Under the pieces are notes generated by a model. It was not told the origin of the DNA and searched no databases. It saw only the letters and a program-made list of their open reading frames with translations. A stretch of DNA of 63,887 nucleotides, the filler included, from Octopus bimaculoides (lineage: Eukaryota), in the NCBI RefSeq assembly GCF_001194135.2. It is 6 parts of 6 records of this genome, joined end to end, with 100 filler letters (N's around TTAATTAATTAA, not from the genome) between each part and the next. Parts side by side here need not be neighbours in the genome. Positions count along the whole stretch, not along the records: positions 1 to 30,843 come from NC_069005.1; 5 more parts are not named here. The stretch is one strand, 5' to 3'. The translations under genes and the position numbers were made by a program. Position 1 is the stretch's first letter; each line of letters starts with the position of its first letter. Positions 13,487 to 26,058 of the stretch are shown here, piece after piece.

Positions 13487-13832
13487 TACACACTCACATA
13501 CACTATTCTCTCATGCACACGTGTGCACACGCGTGCACACCTTGGTTCGTTGGGGTAACCGTTACAGTTATAATAATAATAATAATTATTATTATTATTA
13601 TCTCCCTTCCATTCAGCCAATTTTTTTCCAGTCATCTCCCGAGTGTTAAAATCATACACTTGTTTCTTGTTCTTACACCTGCCTTCGTCTTCATATATAT
13701 ATATAGGGGAGATAATAATAATAATGATAATTATTATTATTATTATTATAACCGTAACAGTTACCCCAACGAACCAAGGTGTGCACGCGTGTGCACACGT
13801 GTGCATGAGAGAATAGTGTATGCGAGTGTGTA
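13487..13832. repeat. Long inverted repeat (arms about 13487-13606 and 13707-13832, loop about 100 nt)
   Basis: CACTATTCTCTCATGCACACGTGTGCACACGCGTGCACACCTTGGTTCGTTGGGGTAAC... is mirrored near-perfectly on the right. Confidence 0.9.
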
Positions 13833-14470
13833 TGTATGTGTGTGTATGTTGTGTGTAACACTTGATGTGTGCTTGTTCAGGTGGAGTATGCACATGTGTA
13901 TGTGCGTGTACGTGTCTGTGTGCATGTGTATGGTGCGTGTTTGTGGGCAAAAGTTATCTTTGTCTATTCGTGTTGTATGTGTTTATGCATGTTGCGTGTG
14001 TGTTTATACACCGTCTGTGTCCGGGTATTATGTGCTTGTGTGGGTGTGAGAGTGTGCATGATAGTGTGCGTGTGTGTAGTGAGTTAAACAGTGTGTGTGG
14101 CTGCTCGTACAGTGGGATGTGTGGTGGCGCTATTGAAGATTGTGTGGTGAGGTGTGGATAATGATGTGTGGTGTAGGTGCTGAGAAGTATTCAGTGCTAG
14201 TGCGTGTGGTACTGAACCCGGAAATATGTGGTTGGGAAGCAAGCTTCTTACCACACAGCCACTCCTATATAATGCAAAATATGCATATATAAAACAAAAG
14301 ACAGAAATGCGCAAAATTTACATAGTTTTGATATAGTTTTTAATATATTTTGTAACTGAAAGAGTATTGTGTTTGTCGACCGGTTTCGCTTTCGTTAATC
14401 ATGACATTGAAACTATTCTAATTTCGTATTAAGAAGATTTTAGATGTTCTCGGAAGGAGGTTTGTATATA

Positions 14471-14530
<60 letters not shown>

Positions 14531-15126
14531 CCAGTATATATAGAGAGAAAGAGACAGACAGACAGACAAATAGATATATAGATTGGTATTATACATATAC
14601 GTACATATGCATATACATTCACATATATGTGTGTACATGTACATGCGTAAATAAATATCCATACATACATATACGTGTGTGTGTGTTTGGGTGCGTGGGT
14701 GGCAGGGGTGTGTTTAATTTAACTCTTGTCTTGTCGTCTTGAGGGACAATTCCAAAAGAATATCATAAGTTTGCATACGAGGATAAATGAAATTTTATTA
14801 TAAATTCATATACAATTTATGTAACTCGGTGACAAGGAATGTTTATTAATATTTATTGAATCCAGATACATTTGAGGTGTCATTCTTTCTTATTTATTAA
14901 TTAATTTCGATGTTTATTTATTTATTATAAGTTTCCTAAACTATCGATTCAATTGAACTGTGGGATTATATTTCATTCTTCAATGTGTGTACATTGTGTA
15001 CAAACACATTAAATTCAATCATATTGAATGCAAAATGTCTCCAATGAGATTTCTGTCTGTCCATTGATGATTGCTTAAGTTTGAGGAAATATCAGAGATG
15101 AAGGTGGGTGTAGAAGAGAAACTAGA

Positions 15127-15198
<72 letters not shown>

Positions 15199-15903
15199 AA
15201 GAGAGAGTTTGGATATGAGCGTATACGAAAATATATATACGTTTGTTCTTGTACATTTACACGCTGCTAATGCACACACGGACTCGTTCATATTAGAAAA
15301 ATAAGACAAAAAAAAAGTTGTAGCGTAGCCTAGAGGAGTTGAACCTGGTTTCATCTGTAAACAGTAAAACAATACACGATCATATTACTTCTTCAAATTG
15401 GAAACATTAGNNNNNNNNNNNNNNNNNNNNNNNNNNNNNNNNNNNNNNNNNNNNNNNNNNNNNNNNNNNNNNNNNNNNNNNNNNNNNNNNNNNNNNNNNN
15501 NNNNNNNNNNNNNNNNNNNNNNNNNNNNNNNNNNNNNNNNNNNNNNNNNNNNNNNNNNNNNNNNNNNNNNNNNNNNNNNNNNNNNNNNNNNNNNNNNNNN
15601 NNNNNNNNNNNNNNNNNNNNNNNNNNNNNNNNNNNNNNNNNNNNNNNNNNNNNNNNNNNNNNNNNNNNNNNNNNNNNNNNNNNNNNNNNNNNNNNNNNNN
15701 NNNNNNNNNNNNNNNNNNNNNNNNNNNNNNNNNNNNNNNNNNNNNNNNNNNNNNNNNNNNNNNNNNNNNNNNNNNNNNNNNNNNNNNNNNNNNNNNNNNN
15801 NNNNNNNNNNNNNNNNNNNNNNNNNNNNNNNNNNNNNNNNNNNNNNNNNNNNNNNNNNNNNNNNNNNNNNNNNNNNNNNNNNNNNNNNNNNNNNNNNNNN
15901 NNN

Positions 15904-16212
15904 AACATGCAAGTGGCTGAGTACTCCACAGACACGTGTACCCTTAACGTAGTCTTCGGGGATGTTCAGCGTGATACAGTGTGACAAAGCTGACCCTTTG
16001 AATTACAGGCACAACAGAAACAGTGGTTAGGGCAGCGGACTCGCGGTCATAGGATCGCGGTTTCGATTTCCAGACCGGGCGTTGTGAGTGTTTAATGAGC
16101 GAAAACACCTAAAGCTCCACGAGGCTCCGGTAGGGGATGGTGGCGAACCCTGCTGTACTCTTCCACCACTGTTTCTGTTGTGCCTGTAATTCAAAGGTTC
16201 AGCCTTGTCACA
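15904..16212. mobile_element. Rearranged copy of SINE family C (5' head inverted relative to the 3' body)
   Basis: 15904-16020 matches 57294-57411 in the same orientation. 16021-16212 is the tRNA head and body in the opposite orientation. A 48-bp inverted repeat spans 15980-16027 and 16165-16212. Confidence 0.85.
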
Positions 16213-17334
16213 CATTTTATTTCGTCAGCGTTTATATAGCAGTCTTACGCTAACGTTCTCATAATTACATTCTCACTTTGGCAATCTCGTGTTGACATTA
16301 TCACGTTGGCATTATTACGCTGACATATCGTTGACATTATCATTCATTTCCTTGAAAAGCCCAAGAAGTGCACTTAGCTTCTTCGGTAAACTTGTATTGT
16401 CTCTTCACATGAGGACCAATGGATTTCTGATTAACATTTGCGCGAAATCTTAATTCCCCGCCGCATTGTTGTAAAAGGAGCAAAGAAACTATGAAACTTT
16501 CAACTCTTTCAAAAGGTGTAGTAAATTCCTATTCCAAAGTATGTAATAAAACTATTGTTTCTTTAACTGCAGGATCTTCCCGTTATGATTTCAAATTCTT
16601 CTGGATCTAGTTTTTCCTGTCGTCTTCCCAGTATACTTGGGTCTGTGGTATCCACTACCGACATCCTCACAAAATTGCTGGCCTACTTCCAATGTTAGAA
16701 AATATTACTAGATTCCTGTAAATTATTGACCCTTCAAATATTTACATAACGAACTGCAAATGGTATCAGTTGTAGTCCTAGATTTACTTTGCTTCTAAAA
16801 TCATTTTTGAAAGTGTGTTGCCCAATTTAGTTTATTATATCATACGTTATGTCTCGATGAAGGCAGCAGGCTGCCAGAATCGTTACCTTGCAGTATAAAG
16901 TACTTGGTGACGTTTCTTCCAGCTCTTTACGTTTTGAGTTCAAATTTCACCGAGATCAAAATTGCTGTTCGTCTTTCATGGGTCATTAAAATAAGTACCA
17001 GCTGTGTACTGAGGTTGATGTTAAAATTTTAAACAGTTAAGATGTTGAACAATCGTCTTGGACTGCGAGCGCTCCTAAGATTAGTGTTGCTTTGAAGCTC
17101 TACATTCCAATTTAATGAAGGATCGGGTGTGGTCTATAATGGGAAATTAGCAATTATGATGTTTATGGCGTGATTCTTAAGGAATCCTTATGACTAATTT
17201 TTATTTCGCTGTTGCATACTTTTTATGTAAAACTTTATTGTAATCATGTTTTATTTCTCCCACTCAATGTAAAACTTCTGGTTCTGTTAACCAGAAATTG
17301 TTTGGAGAAAATATTGTATATTACCTACTAAGTC

Positions 17335-17700
17335 GTGAAGGGCCATGGCTCAGTGGTTAGAGCATCGGGCTCACAATCCTGAGATAGTGATTTCGACTAC
17401 CAGGTCGGGCTGTGTTATATTCTTGAGCAAGACACTCTACTTCACGCTGCTCCAGTTCACTCTGCTGTAGAAATGAGTTGTGACGTCACTGGTGCCAAGC
17501 TGTATCGGCCTTTGCTTATGCCATCCCCTTGGATGACACCGATGGCGTGGAGGGCCAATGCTGGTACACATAGACGACTACTGGTCTTCTATAAACGAAT
17601 TTTCCAAGTCTTGAAAGTTGTACGTCGGAGGACAACTTTCTAGGCACAATCCCATGGTTATTCATTACCGAAGGAGCGCTTTGCCTTTTTACTTTTACCT
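17335..17700 (+). mobile_element. tRNA-derived CORE-like SINE (family E)
   Basis: Head TGGCTCAGTGGTTAGAGC...TTCGAC, then TTCTTGAGCAAGACACTCTACTTCAC...CTGTAGAAATGAG, resembling the CORE domain of MIR-type SINEs. Confidence 0.7.
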
Positions 17701-17970
17701 ATTTAATTATTGTATAAATGGACATAATTTTGGAATAATTGAGAATTATTAAAAGCAATATTTCAGAACTCCGTTACATAACTGAGTGACTACTTCCAAT
17801 AACTTCCACTTCCCTTTATTCTACGAAGAAGCCTGAATGTAAACGTTTACCGAACAGGAAATAGCAACTAAATATATTTCAATTTACACTATCTTAAATA
17901 AAGAGGGATAAAATGGAAAATAATCTGATATTTCACCATTGTTTTGATAGCGTTTTAGCATTGGTATAAA

Positions 17971-18798
17971 TATTGGTTTGTCAGATAATCTCGTTTGCTT
18001 TTTTCGAATGTTTTTGAAAATATTTTTATCGTATTATTTTATGGAAATTTTGTAACTCAGTTCTTTCTCTACAACTTTTGTTTATCGGTGTTTTGAAATT
18101 TGAATCAATTTACTAATTTTCAGATATTTGACAATGGAGTGTCTATTAGGAAACAATCAGCATTTTTGACACTTGTTTCTGTTTGCTTTCAATGAAGTTT
18201 TTGAAGATGTCAAAGCCGTTTTGAGACATTTGTGATGGGCATACAAAAGGCATAATTACTGAAACAAATGCATAGAAATAGTTTTCACTCTTCAAGCAGG
18301 AGAAATTTGAACTCAAAGACTCAGAGTCCCGGTCGAGTTGTTCACTTCAATGAGGAACGATTGAATGGGCTCCTTCACGAGGATTCGCGCCAGTCAACTA
18401 GGACTAGGAAATTGGCCCAGCAGATGTAATGTGCTCATGACATCGTGGCTTGTCAGGTTCACTCGATGAGTAAGGTCCAAAATCTCAATCCAAATTTTTT
18501 GTACACTACTTCAACACAGCAATGCACACAATTTTAGATTATTATCTTTATCGGTCGCTCTCCAACTGTGAAGCATCTCGTTCAACAAAACCGTGGAGCT
18601 GAAAACGTGAACTGGTGTATTCTTCGGGTCATTTCTACTGTCAAGTAATTGACAAGCGAGTAGAACTTCGAGAAAATGTCATGAACTATGAAGAAGAGCA
18701 TATTATTAACTGGATTATTAAATTTGTTTTTTTTTTATAAATAATAAGGATTAAAACAAATGGGAAAAAAACCAATGCATTTATCTGACAAACCAATA
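17971..18798 (+). mobile_element. Internally deleted mariner element with both TIRs and TA target duplication
   Basis: TATTGGTTTGTCAGATAA at 17971-17988 is exactly inverted at 18781-18798. Internal degenerate peptide ..FSLFKQEKFELKDS..GR..FNEERLNGLLHEDSRQST.R.LAQQM resembles the mariner N-terminal HTH region. Confidence 0.9.
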
Positions 18799-18871
18799 CA
18801 TCAATAACAAATAGCTGCAACAGCGTTATACGCGAAACTTATTCCGAGCCACTGTTGAGAGCAGGCTTCAC

Positions 18872-18930
18872 CTTGCTCTCAACAGCATATATGCATTCAG
18901 CAATGTTTCAAATCCTGGATTCCAGTCCTT
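18872..18930 (-). CDS. Candidate exon G (KDWNPGFETLLNAYMLLRA), unidentified gene
   Basis: Acceptor ttttttatgctacag. Only one frame is open. It ends at AG|GTGAAG or reads to TGA at 18868-18870. Confidence 0.4.
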
Positions 18931-19642
18931 CTGTAGCATAAAAAAATATCAATACAATTTATTGATTATTTATAATTAGTAAAATACTTGAGTTTCAATG
19001 AATTTTAAACAATATTGAAATATTACATTGAATTTACAAAGAAAATATTTAAAGATATTAACGCACATGTTTAAATTACTGCTTGAAGAATTTGTTAAGA
19101 ACATGTAATGTAATTGGTATTGGTACTCTAGCAGCCATTGTATGATGTAATCAGCCATAAATGATCAATAATGCAATAAATTTCAATAGAAAGTAAAAGG
19201 TCGTAGAATTTCACATTAGTAGTACTTCGTAATGCTTGCATTACTATTATGAACGTCTCTGGTAAAATATCGTATTAAGTTATTTTAATTTCATATAAAT
19301 TATAATACTTCAGTTTGTTTTCCGTGGTTGTGTATTCATAACAAAATATTAACAAAAATATTTAAGAATGCAGCAAATTAGACTTCATTTAATTTGTCTA
19401 TAAATTTTTCTAATTGATTTAAACTATCATTAATATAAATTTGCAAATAAAATTTCATAACTGATTGTTGTCCCAATTTATTTAAGTAATTCAAATTACA
19501 AAAACAGGAGCCTGCAGTCCTTAACAGTGGCGTTATTTGCTAGTTTTAGCGCAATCTTTAGTCTATGAAAACATGAACAATGTCCGTATGTATGAATGTA
19601 TGTATGTATCGACTATACAGTTAAATGGCATTAATTCCTCCG

Positions 19643-19850
19643 AAGGCGGTGAGCTCGCAGAATCGTAAGAACGCAGGGCAAAATGTTTGGCGGCATTTCG
19701 TAGATTCCTACGTTCTGATTACACCGAGGTCGATTTTGCCTTTTATCCTTTAGGAATTGATAAAATAAGTAGCAGCTGACTACTGGGGTCGATCTAATCA
19801 ATTTACACTCTTCCTCGAAATTGATGGCCTTATGCTAAAATGGGAAACCA
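19643..19850 (+). mobile_element. SINE family A, diverged
   Basis: Head, body and tail recognisable against the other copies. Confidence 0.75.
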
Positions 19851-20532
19851 ATATTAGCTCTTTCTATAAAAGGCGTTGCTCCATATTAATCTTGAACAAG
19901 ATATTACTGAGGACCTGGAGAGTCATATTCGTCAAATCATTTATAACTGAAGTGATGTACTGCTGTAGTGTATACACCATTTAGCTTCTTACTATCTTTC
20001 CTTTTCTGCTCATACCCAGGACATAACTTCAAACAAACAGCCTGGAAATTTAATCTCTCCTTTGCAGTAATTAATGAATATAATAACATTTATATCGTTT
20101 ATAAAGGTGCAAACATTAATATCTTATTTTTCACACGGAATTTAATTTGAAATGTTAAATCTCATGGCTTCAGATCTGCGGCATTATTACTCGTCAGCCA
20201 TTTGTAGAAACAAATATTATGCTATTCTGTTTGACTTTCCACGCCTGATTTAGCGCTTTGTGAGCAATCTGGCCCAAGTGATACGGTTTATTTACGTTAA
20301 CTTTAAGACAAGAAAATAGAATTCAAAGAGTCAGTATTGACTTTGCGCAAATAAAGGAAGAATTGCTTCAGATATTGGGAAAACAATAAGCACAGAATTA
20401 CAGTGATTGTTGTTTACTGTGTTATGGTAATGTTGACATGTCAGATCATCTGCTAGGCGTTGAAGGAATGAATTCTAGAGTAAAATCTGCAAATAGAAGC
20501 GAATATACACAGTGACAAAAGCTAGAAAGGAC

Positions 20533-20875
20533 CTTACGTGTCAATCAATTTCTTCAATAGTATCGCCAGACTTGCACTCTTATACGTAAGTGAGACGTGG
20601 TATACAACGAAGAGGGAAGAACGTCGGTTGCCTACGATGCAAAGAGCCATGGAAAGGTCCAGGCTGCAAATAAGATTGCAAAAGCATAGCCGTAAATAGT
20701 TAACTGGAGAACAGAATGGAGTGAAGGTGGTGATTGCAGAATACCAAAAGCACGAAGCGGGTATATAGCAACGTTAACAGACAATAGGTGAACCTGTGCA
20801 GTTGCAGAGTAGTATGGAAGAGGTCAGAAAAAGCCAAACAGAAGGCCACCACAATGATGGGAAGATGATTTAGGC
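20533..20875 (+). mobile_element. Degenerate RTE-clade LINE, C-terminal RT region
   Basis: FFNSIARLALLYVSETWYTTKREERRLPTMQRAME, resembling LFNSTILPALLYGSETW...QRAMER. Stops and frameshifts follow. Confidence 0.7.
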
Positions 20876-20919
20876 CAAAAGGGAAAAGAATGGTGCAATC
20901 AAGAAAGAATTGGAAGCGC

Positions 20920-21440
20920 ATTTCGGTTCACTTCAGATTCTTAGTGGCATTTCATACGTCTCTACGTTCTGAGTTCAAATTCTGCCGAGGTCGGTTTTAC
21001 CTTTATTCTTTTGGGATCGGTGTAATCGACTTACCATCTCCCACTAAAATTGCTAGCCTTATGCCAAAATTTAAAACTAATAATCCTTTCTTCTAGAGGT
21101 AGAAAGCCTGGAATTTTGGAGAGGGCATTAGTCGATTACATCGATCGATTGACTGCTACATATTTCATTGACACTGAAATATCCAAGGCAAATTCGACTT
21201 CGGGGAAATTTAGACTCAGAATGTACAAACGGACGAAGTGCCGCAAAGCGTTGTGCCAATGATTTTGCCAGCTCGCCACCTTCACCTTTTTGGATATTAA
21301 TTATCGCATAAGGCGGCGAGGTGGCAAAATTCTTACCGTGAGATCGATTAAATTAATACCAGTCGAGCGCTGGGGTAGATATAATCGACTTACCCCTTCG
21401 CTAGAAATTTCTAGCCTTCTGCCGGAATTTGAAACTAATA
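20920..21440. mobile_element. Cluster of three family A SINE fragments (+, -, +)
   Basis: Family A body and tail at about 20920-21095 (+), 21100-21290 (-) and 21308-21440 (+). Confidence 0.75.
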
Positions 21441-23639
21441 TTAAAAATGGTGTTTTGTGACTCTAGCGGACATAGCTACAATCTTTGTGGTGTGCATAAT
21501 TTTATGTCCACGTTTAAGAAATTAAGCAATCCAAAGTTGATTCTCATAAAATACCATCGCTATTGTCTCCATTTAGAATGTCCCCATGTTGCCGGAGAAT
21601 TACATTCTAATACTGACTCTCTCCATAAGGAGAAATTCACAACTGCTTCTACAGATAGCAGTATGAAAACAATTCTGTATGGAAATAAATTTATCAACGA
21701 TTGTGAATAACTGTGGAGACAAACTGCTCTTCCTTCTCACAAACACACGCATACATACTCGGTAGGTTAGTGTGAAATAGCTGTATAAAATGATTTATTA
21801 TCAAGTTGGACGTATTGGAATAACATTTGCAAATGGCATCCTCTAGTTTCGACTTGTATGATACTAAAGAAATATATGCTATGCTGGTGTCATTATTTAA
21901 TATTTATGACACCAGTCTGTATTACATGCTGTTTAAAAGAAGTATTTTGCTATTCCAAAACGAAATAACGAAGTACGGTGGTATCTTAAACCAATGTAGT
22001 TTTGCATTGCGTGTGTTTATAAGATTTTCACAACCTCTTAATGTGAATCATTTAACGAATTCATACAATGGGCCACATTAAGCACCATGTAAAACAATAC
22101 CCTTCGACAAGAGTTTCCCATATATATACACACACACACGCACACACACAAAACTACAGACCAATAACCTGTCTCCCNNNNNNNNNNNNNNNNNNNNNNN
22201 NNNNNNNNNNNNNNNNNNNNNNNNNNNNNNNNNNNNNNNNNNNNNNNNNNNNNNNNNNNNNNNNNNNNNNNNNNNNNNNNNNNNNNNNNNNNNNNNNNNN
22301 NNNNNNNNNNNNNNNNNNNNNNNNNNNNNNNNNNNNNNNNNNNNNNNNNNNNNNNNNNNNNNNNNNNNNNNNNNNNNNNNNNNNNNNNNNNNNNNNNNNN
22401 NNNNNNNNNNNNNNNNNNNNNNNNNNNNNNNNNNNNNNNNNNNNNNNNNNNNNNNNNNNNNNNNNNNNNNNNNNNNNNNNNNNNNNNNNNNNNNNNNNNN
22501 NNNNNNNNNNNNNNNNNNNNNNNNNNNNNNNNNNNNNNNNNNNNNNNNNNNNNNNNNNNNNNNNNNNNNNNNNNNNNNNNNNNNNNNNNNNNNNNNNNNN
22601 NNNNNNNNNNNNNNNNNNNNNNNNNNNNNNNNNNNNNNNNNNNNNNNNNNNNNNNNNNNNNNNNNNNNNNNNNNNNNNNNNNNNNNNNNNNNNNNNNNNN
22701 NNNNNNNNNNNNNNNNNNNNNNNNNNNNNNNNNNNNNNNNNNNNNNNNNNNNNNNNNNNNNNNNNNNNNNNNNNNNNNNNNNNNNNNNNNNNNNNNNNNN
22801 NNNNNNNNNNNNNNNNNNNNNNNNNNNNNNNNNNNNNNNNNNNNNNNNNNNNNNNNNNNNNNNNNNNNNNNNNNNNNNNNNNNNNNNNNNNNNNNNNNNN
22901 NNNNNNNNNNNNNNNNNNNNNNNNNNNNNNNNNNNNNNNNNNNNNNNNNNNNNNNNNNNNNNNNNNNNNNNNNNNNNNNNNNNNNNNNNNNNNNNNNNNN
23001 NNNNNNNNNNNNNNNNNNNNNNNNNNNNNNNNNNNNNNNNNNNNNNNNNNNNNNNNNNNNNNNNNNNNNNAATGAATCGCGACGCGCGTGCGTTTCCACA
23101 AATCACGTGTTTCTGACGATCATAGTTCATATTTTGGGGATAATTACAGTATAGACCTTAGTATCCATGGACATCTGGTGGATCATATTCGTGTGTTGAT
23201 TTAATAGGGGGATATAGCATTAACTTTGGAAGCGGTGATTGCATAAGCGAAGGTTGTTTATCAATGTTCACCAATGAAAATGTTGCTTGGGGTATGTGGG
23301 CAGTTCTGTGTGCATTTGGTGGAGAGAAGTAGAAGTTGATGGAAAGAGAGAAAGAAATGATGATGATGAAGGTGAGATATGTGTTTCTGGTGATGTTAGT
23401 TTCGTTATGATACTTTTTATGCAGATGGCGGGATGGATAGTATAATTGATTGCTTGACCTTAATTGATTGCCTCCTCAATGAATTCAGATGTAGTAGGGT
23501 GAGGATGTACAGCTATTCTGTTGTTGAAGTCCATTGTCTGGCTTTAGGAATGATGTTCCTTTAAAATGACCTTTTAATTAAATTTAGTTGCACTATGGTA
23601 TAGCATATAGCATTTGCACACAATGGTTACTTTTACCAG

Positions 23640-24445
23640 TTGGTTTGCATCTTCTCCTGTTCCATTATATGCTAATGGCGCTTAATGTTTTTCACTTTTA
23701 AAATGTTCTTTTCGAATTCTTGAACTGATGCCTTGCTTTTACGCTTACATGATATAATTACTTCGGAATGTCTTTTATGTTTTCTCTGGATGTGATGATC
23801 TCCAGGTTTATTTCTGGGCATAAGTTGAACACCCACGATGTTATGTTGTATGGTGTGGCGGGGTTTTTTTCGGTTTTTTTTTTTGGCGGATTGTGTTATA
23901 GACCAGTTGATCGAGTGCTCCTTTCCATTGTGTTTGAACTTCCAGATAGATAATAATGTGGAGTGCATTTTGTTTACATTGGAAAAGGATGTAAGGTGGT
24001 TGCACCAAGGATTTTTCATGGTGTCTCCGGTACCATCGATGTACAAATATTTCTCTGTACCCATCCTCACTTCACATTTGTAATTTGTAAACTACATCCT
24101 TTATCATGCAGTTGTTAAACTGGCATTCATTTTTCCTCTGAGGTTACATATTATATTATATTTTCCGGTTCTGTAAGCGAAGTTATTATTGGTGGTCATA
24201 TTTGTTCTTCCTCTTATAATATTGTTCTCATATTTCTTAGGTATGGATTGCACTACCAATTGTATGTCACTATTTGGACCCGTTTTTGTTATGGGTAAGA
24301 TTTTATTATTCTTATTTGCAATCGTTCCATTGTTGTCTATTTTGTTTTGATCCACGCTTTTTACGTAAGCTTCTTCTGGTTTTGTCCTATTGAGTTTCAT
24401 GTTATGTAGTTTGTGTATGTAGTCTTCTAGACTGAGAAGTCGCAT
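23640..24445 (-). mobile_element. Degenerate Penelope-like element, GIY-YIG endonuclease region
   Basis: CNLRGK..., NYKCEV.....YLYIDGTGDTMKNPWCNHLTSFSN.NK.HSTLLS.W...INWSI...A matches the PLE pattern IYKC.V...YIG.T...K.RW.NH..SF...ST.LS..W...I.WSI. Broken frames. Confidence 0.75.
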
Positions 24446-26010
24446 ATGCTATTTTCGCATTATNNNNNNNNNNNNNNNNNNNNNNNNNNNNNNNNNNNNN
24501 NNNNNNNNNNNNNNNNNNNNNNNNNNNNNNNNNNNNNNNNNNNNNNNNNNNNNNNNNNNNNNNNNNNNNNNNNNNNNNNNNNNNNNNNNNNNNNNNNNNN
24601 NNNNNNNNNNNNNNNNNNNNNNNNNNNNNNNNNNNNNNNNNNNNNNNNNNNNNNNNNNNNNNNNNNNNNNNNNNNNNNNNNNNNNNNNNNNNNNNNNNNN
24701 NNNNNNNNNNNNNNNNNNNNNNNNNNNNNNNNNNNNNNNNNNNNNNNNNNNNNNNNNNNNNNNNNNNNNNNNNNNNNNNNNNNNNNNTATATATATATAT
24801 ATATATATATGCATGCAAGTATGTGTGTCATATATATGTATGTATGTATGTATTTTATGTCTGTATCTAAGTATGTCTCTCTGTATGTATATATGTATGT
24901 ATGTATATATGTATGACGAGATTTCAACTTCTCCGTGTGCCGAATTTTACTCACATGGTATTTTATAACAAAGTATTTTTTAAAGTGGGAGACACTCCCC
25001 TAATGTGCCAGTGTGTGATATCGAACCAGTAATTATTGCGTTGCAAAGCTAACGTCTTAGCCACACAGCTATATTGCTTATTTGATTTGATTTGTTATTC
25101 CGACGCTGTTCGTTATTTATTCTTTAGATCCAATCAGTTTTCTTGTAATACTTGTAATATCAATATAAAGTTAATACAACGAAATACGTTCTTTTTGTAT
25201 TGTGTTGACAAAAGAACAAAACATATCTTTTACGGGGAAATTTATACAATATTGCTCCGGGTTACAGTATATTGTTACCGTTGATAGATTTCTGTATATA
25301 AGATTTAATCCCTGTTGACATTGGAAGAAAATGAAAAGTAGGCGAATGTTGTTAATTAATTACTTACGAAGAAGGAAAGCCTACTATACGGAATGAAATA
25401 TTATTGATATGCGGTGACGCAAATATTTAATAATAAAGAAATAGAAATGTCTTTGTAACATTAACCATGACTTTTGATAAATCTGACAAGTGCATATATT
25501 ACATCTGTGCATTCTTGCCTGGTTCAAAATTGTTTGATATCTGTTGTTCAATTACGGATTTTGGGAACCAAATTGTTCATATTACTTTTTTTATCTATTA
25601 TTTATTTTTATTTTTATGTTTTTCTTTTTTTATTATTATTTCTTTCTTTAATAATGTCACGGTATGAACTGTGAACCTTTATAAAAAGGAAACTTTATTA
25701 CCCCAGCATATTTGGTTTATTAATTCATGTTTCATAAAAGAAATATTAACATTACAAGAAAGTAGATACTGGTTATATTTACGTTCAACAAGTATAAGAC
25801 TCTCAAAGGAAAAAACGAAGCTTTATTACCATTTCCAATATGGAGGGAAAGGAACGTATTATATAAAATATGGAGGTTTTATAGCCGTTACTCCACTTAT
25901 ATATTTTTTGCTTTCGCTGTTGGTGTTGTCGTTCGTGATAATCACAATGTCAATTCTATGAAACCTAGTTGTTTAGGGACAACATTTATCTGCTACTATG
26001 GTAATATACA

Positions 26011-26058
<48 letters not shown>

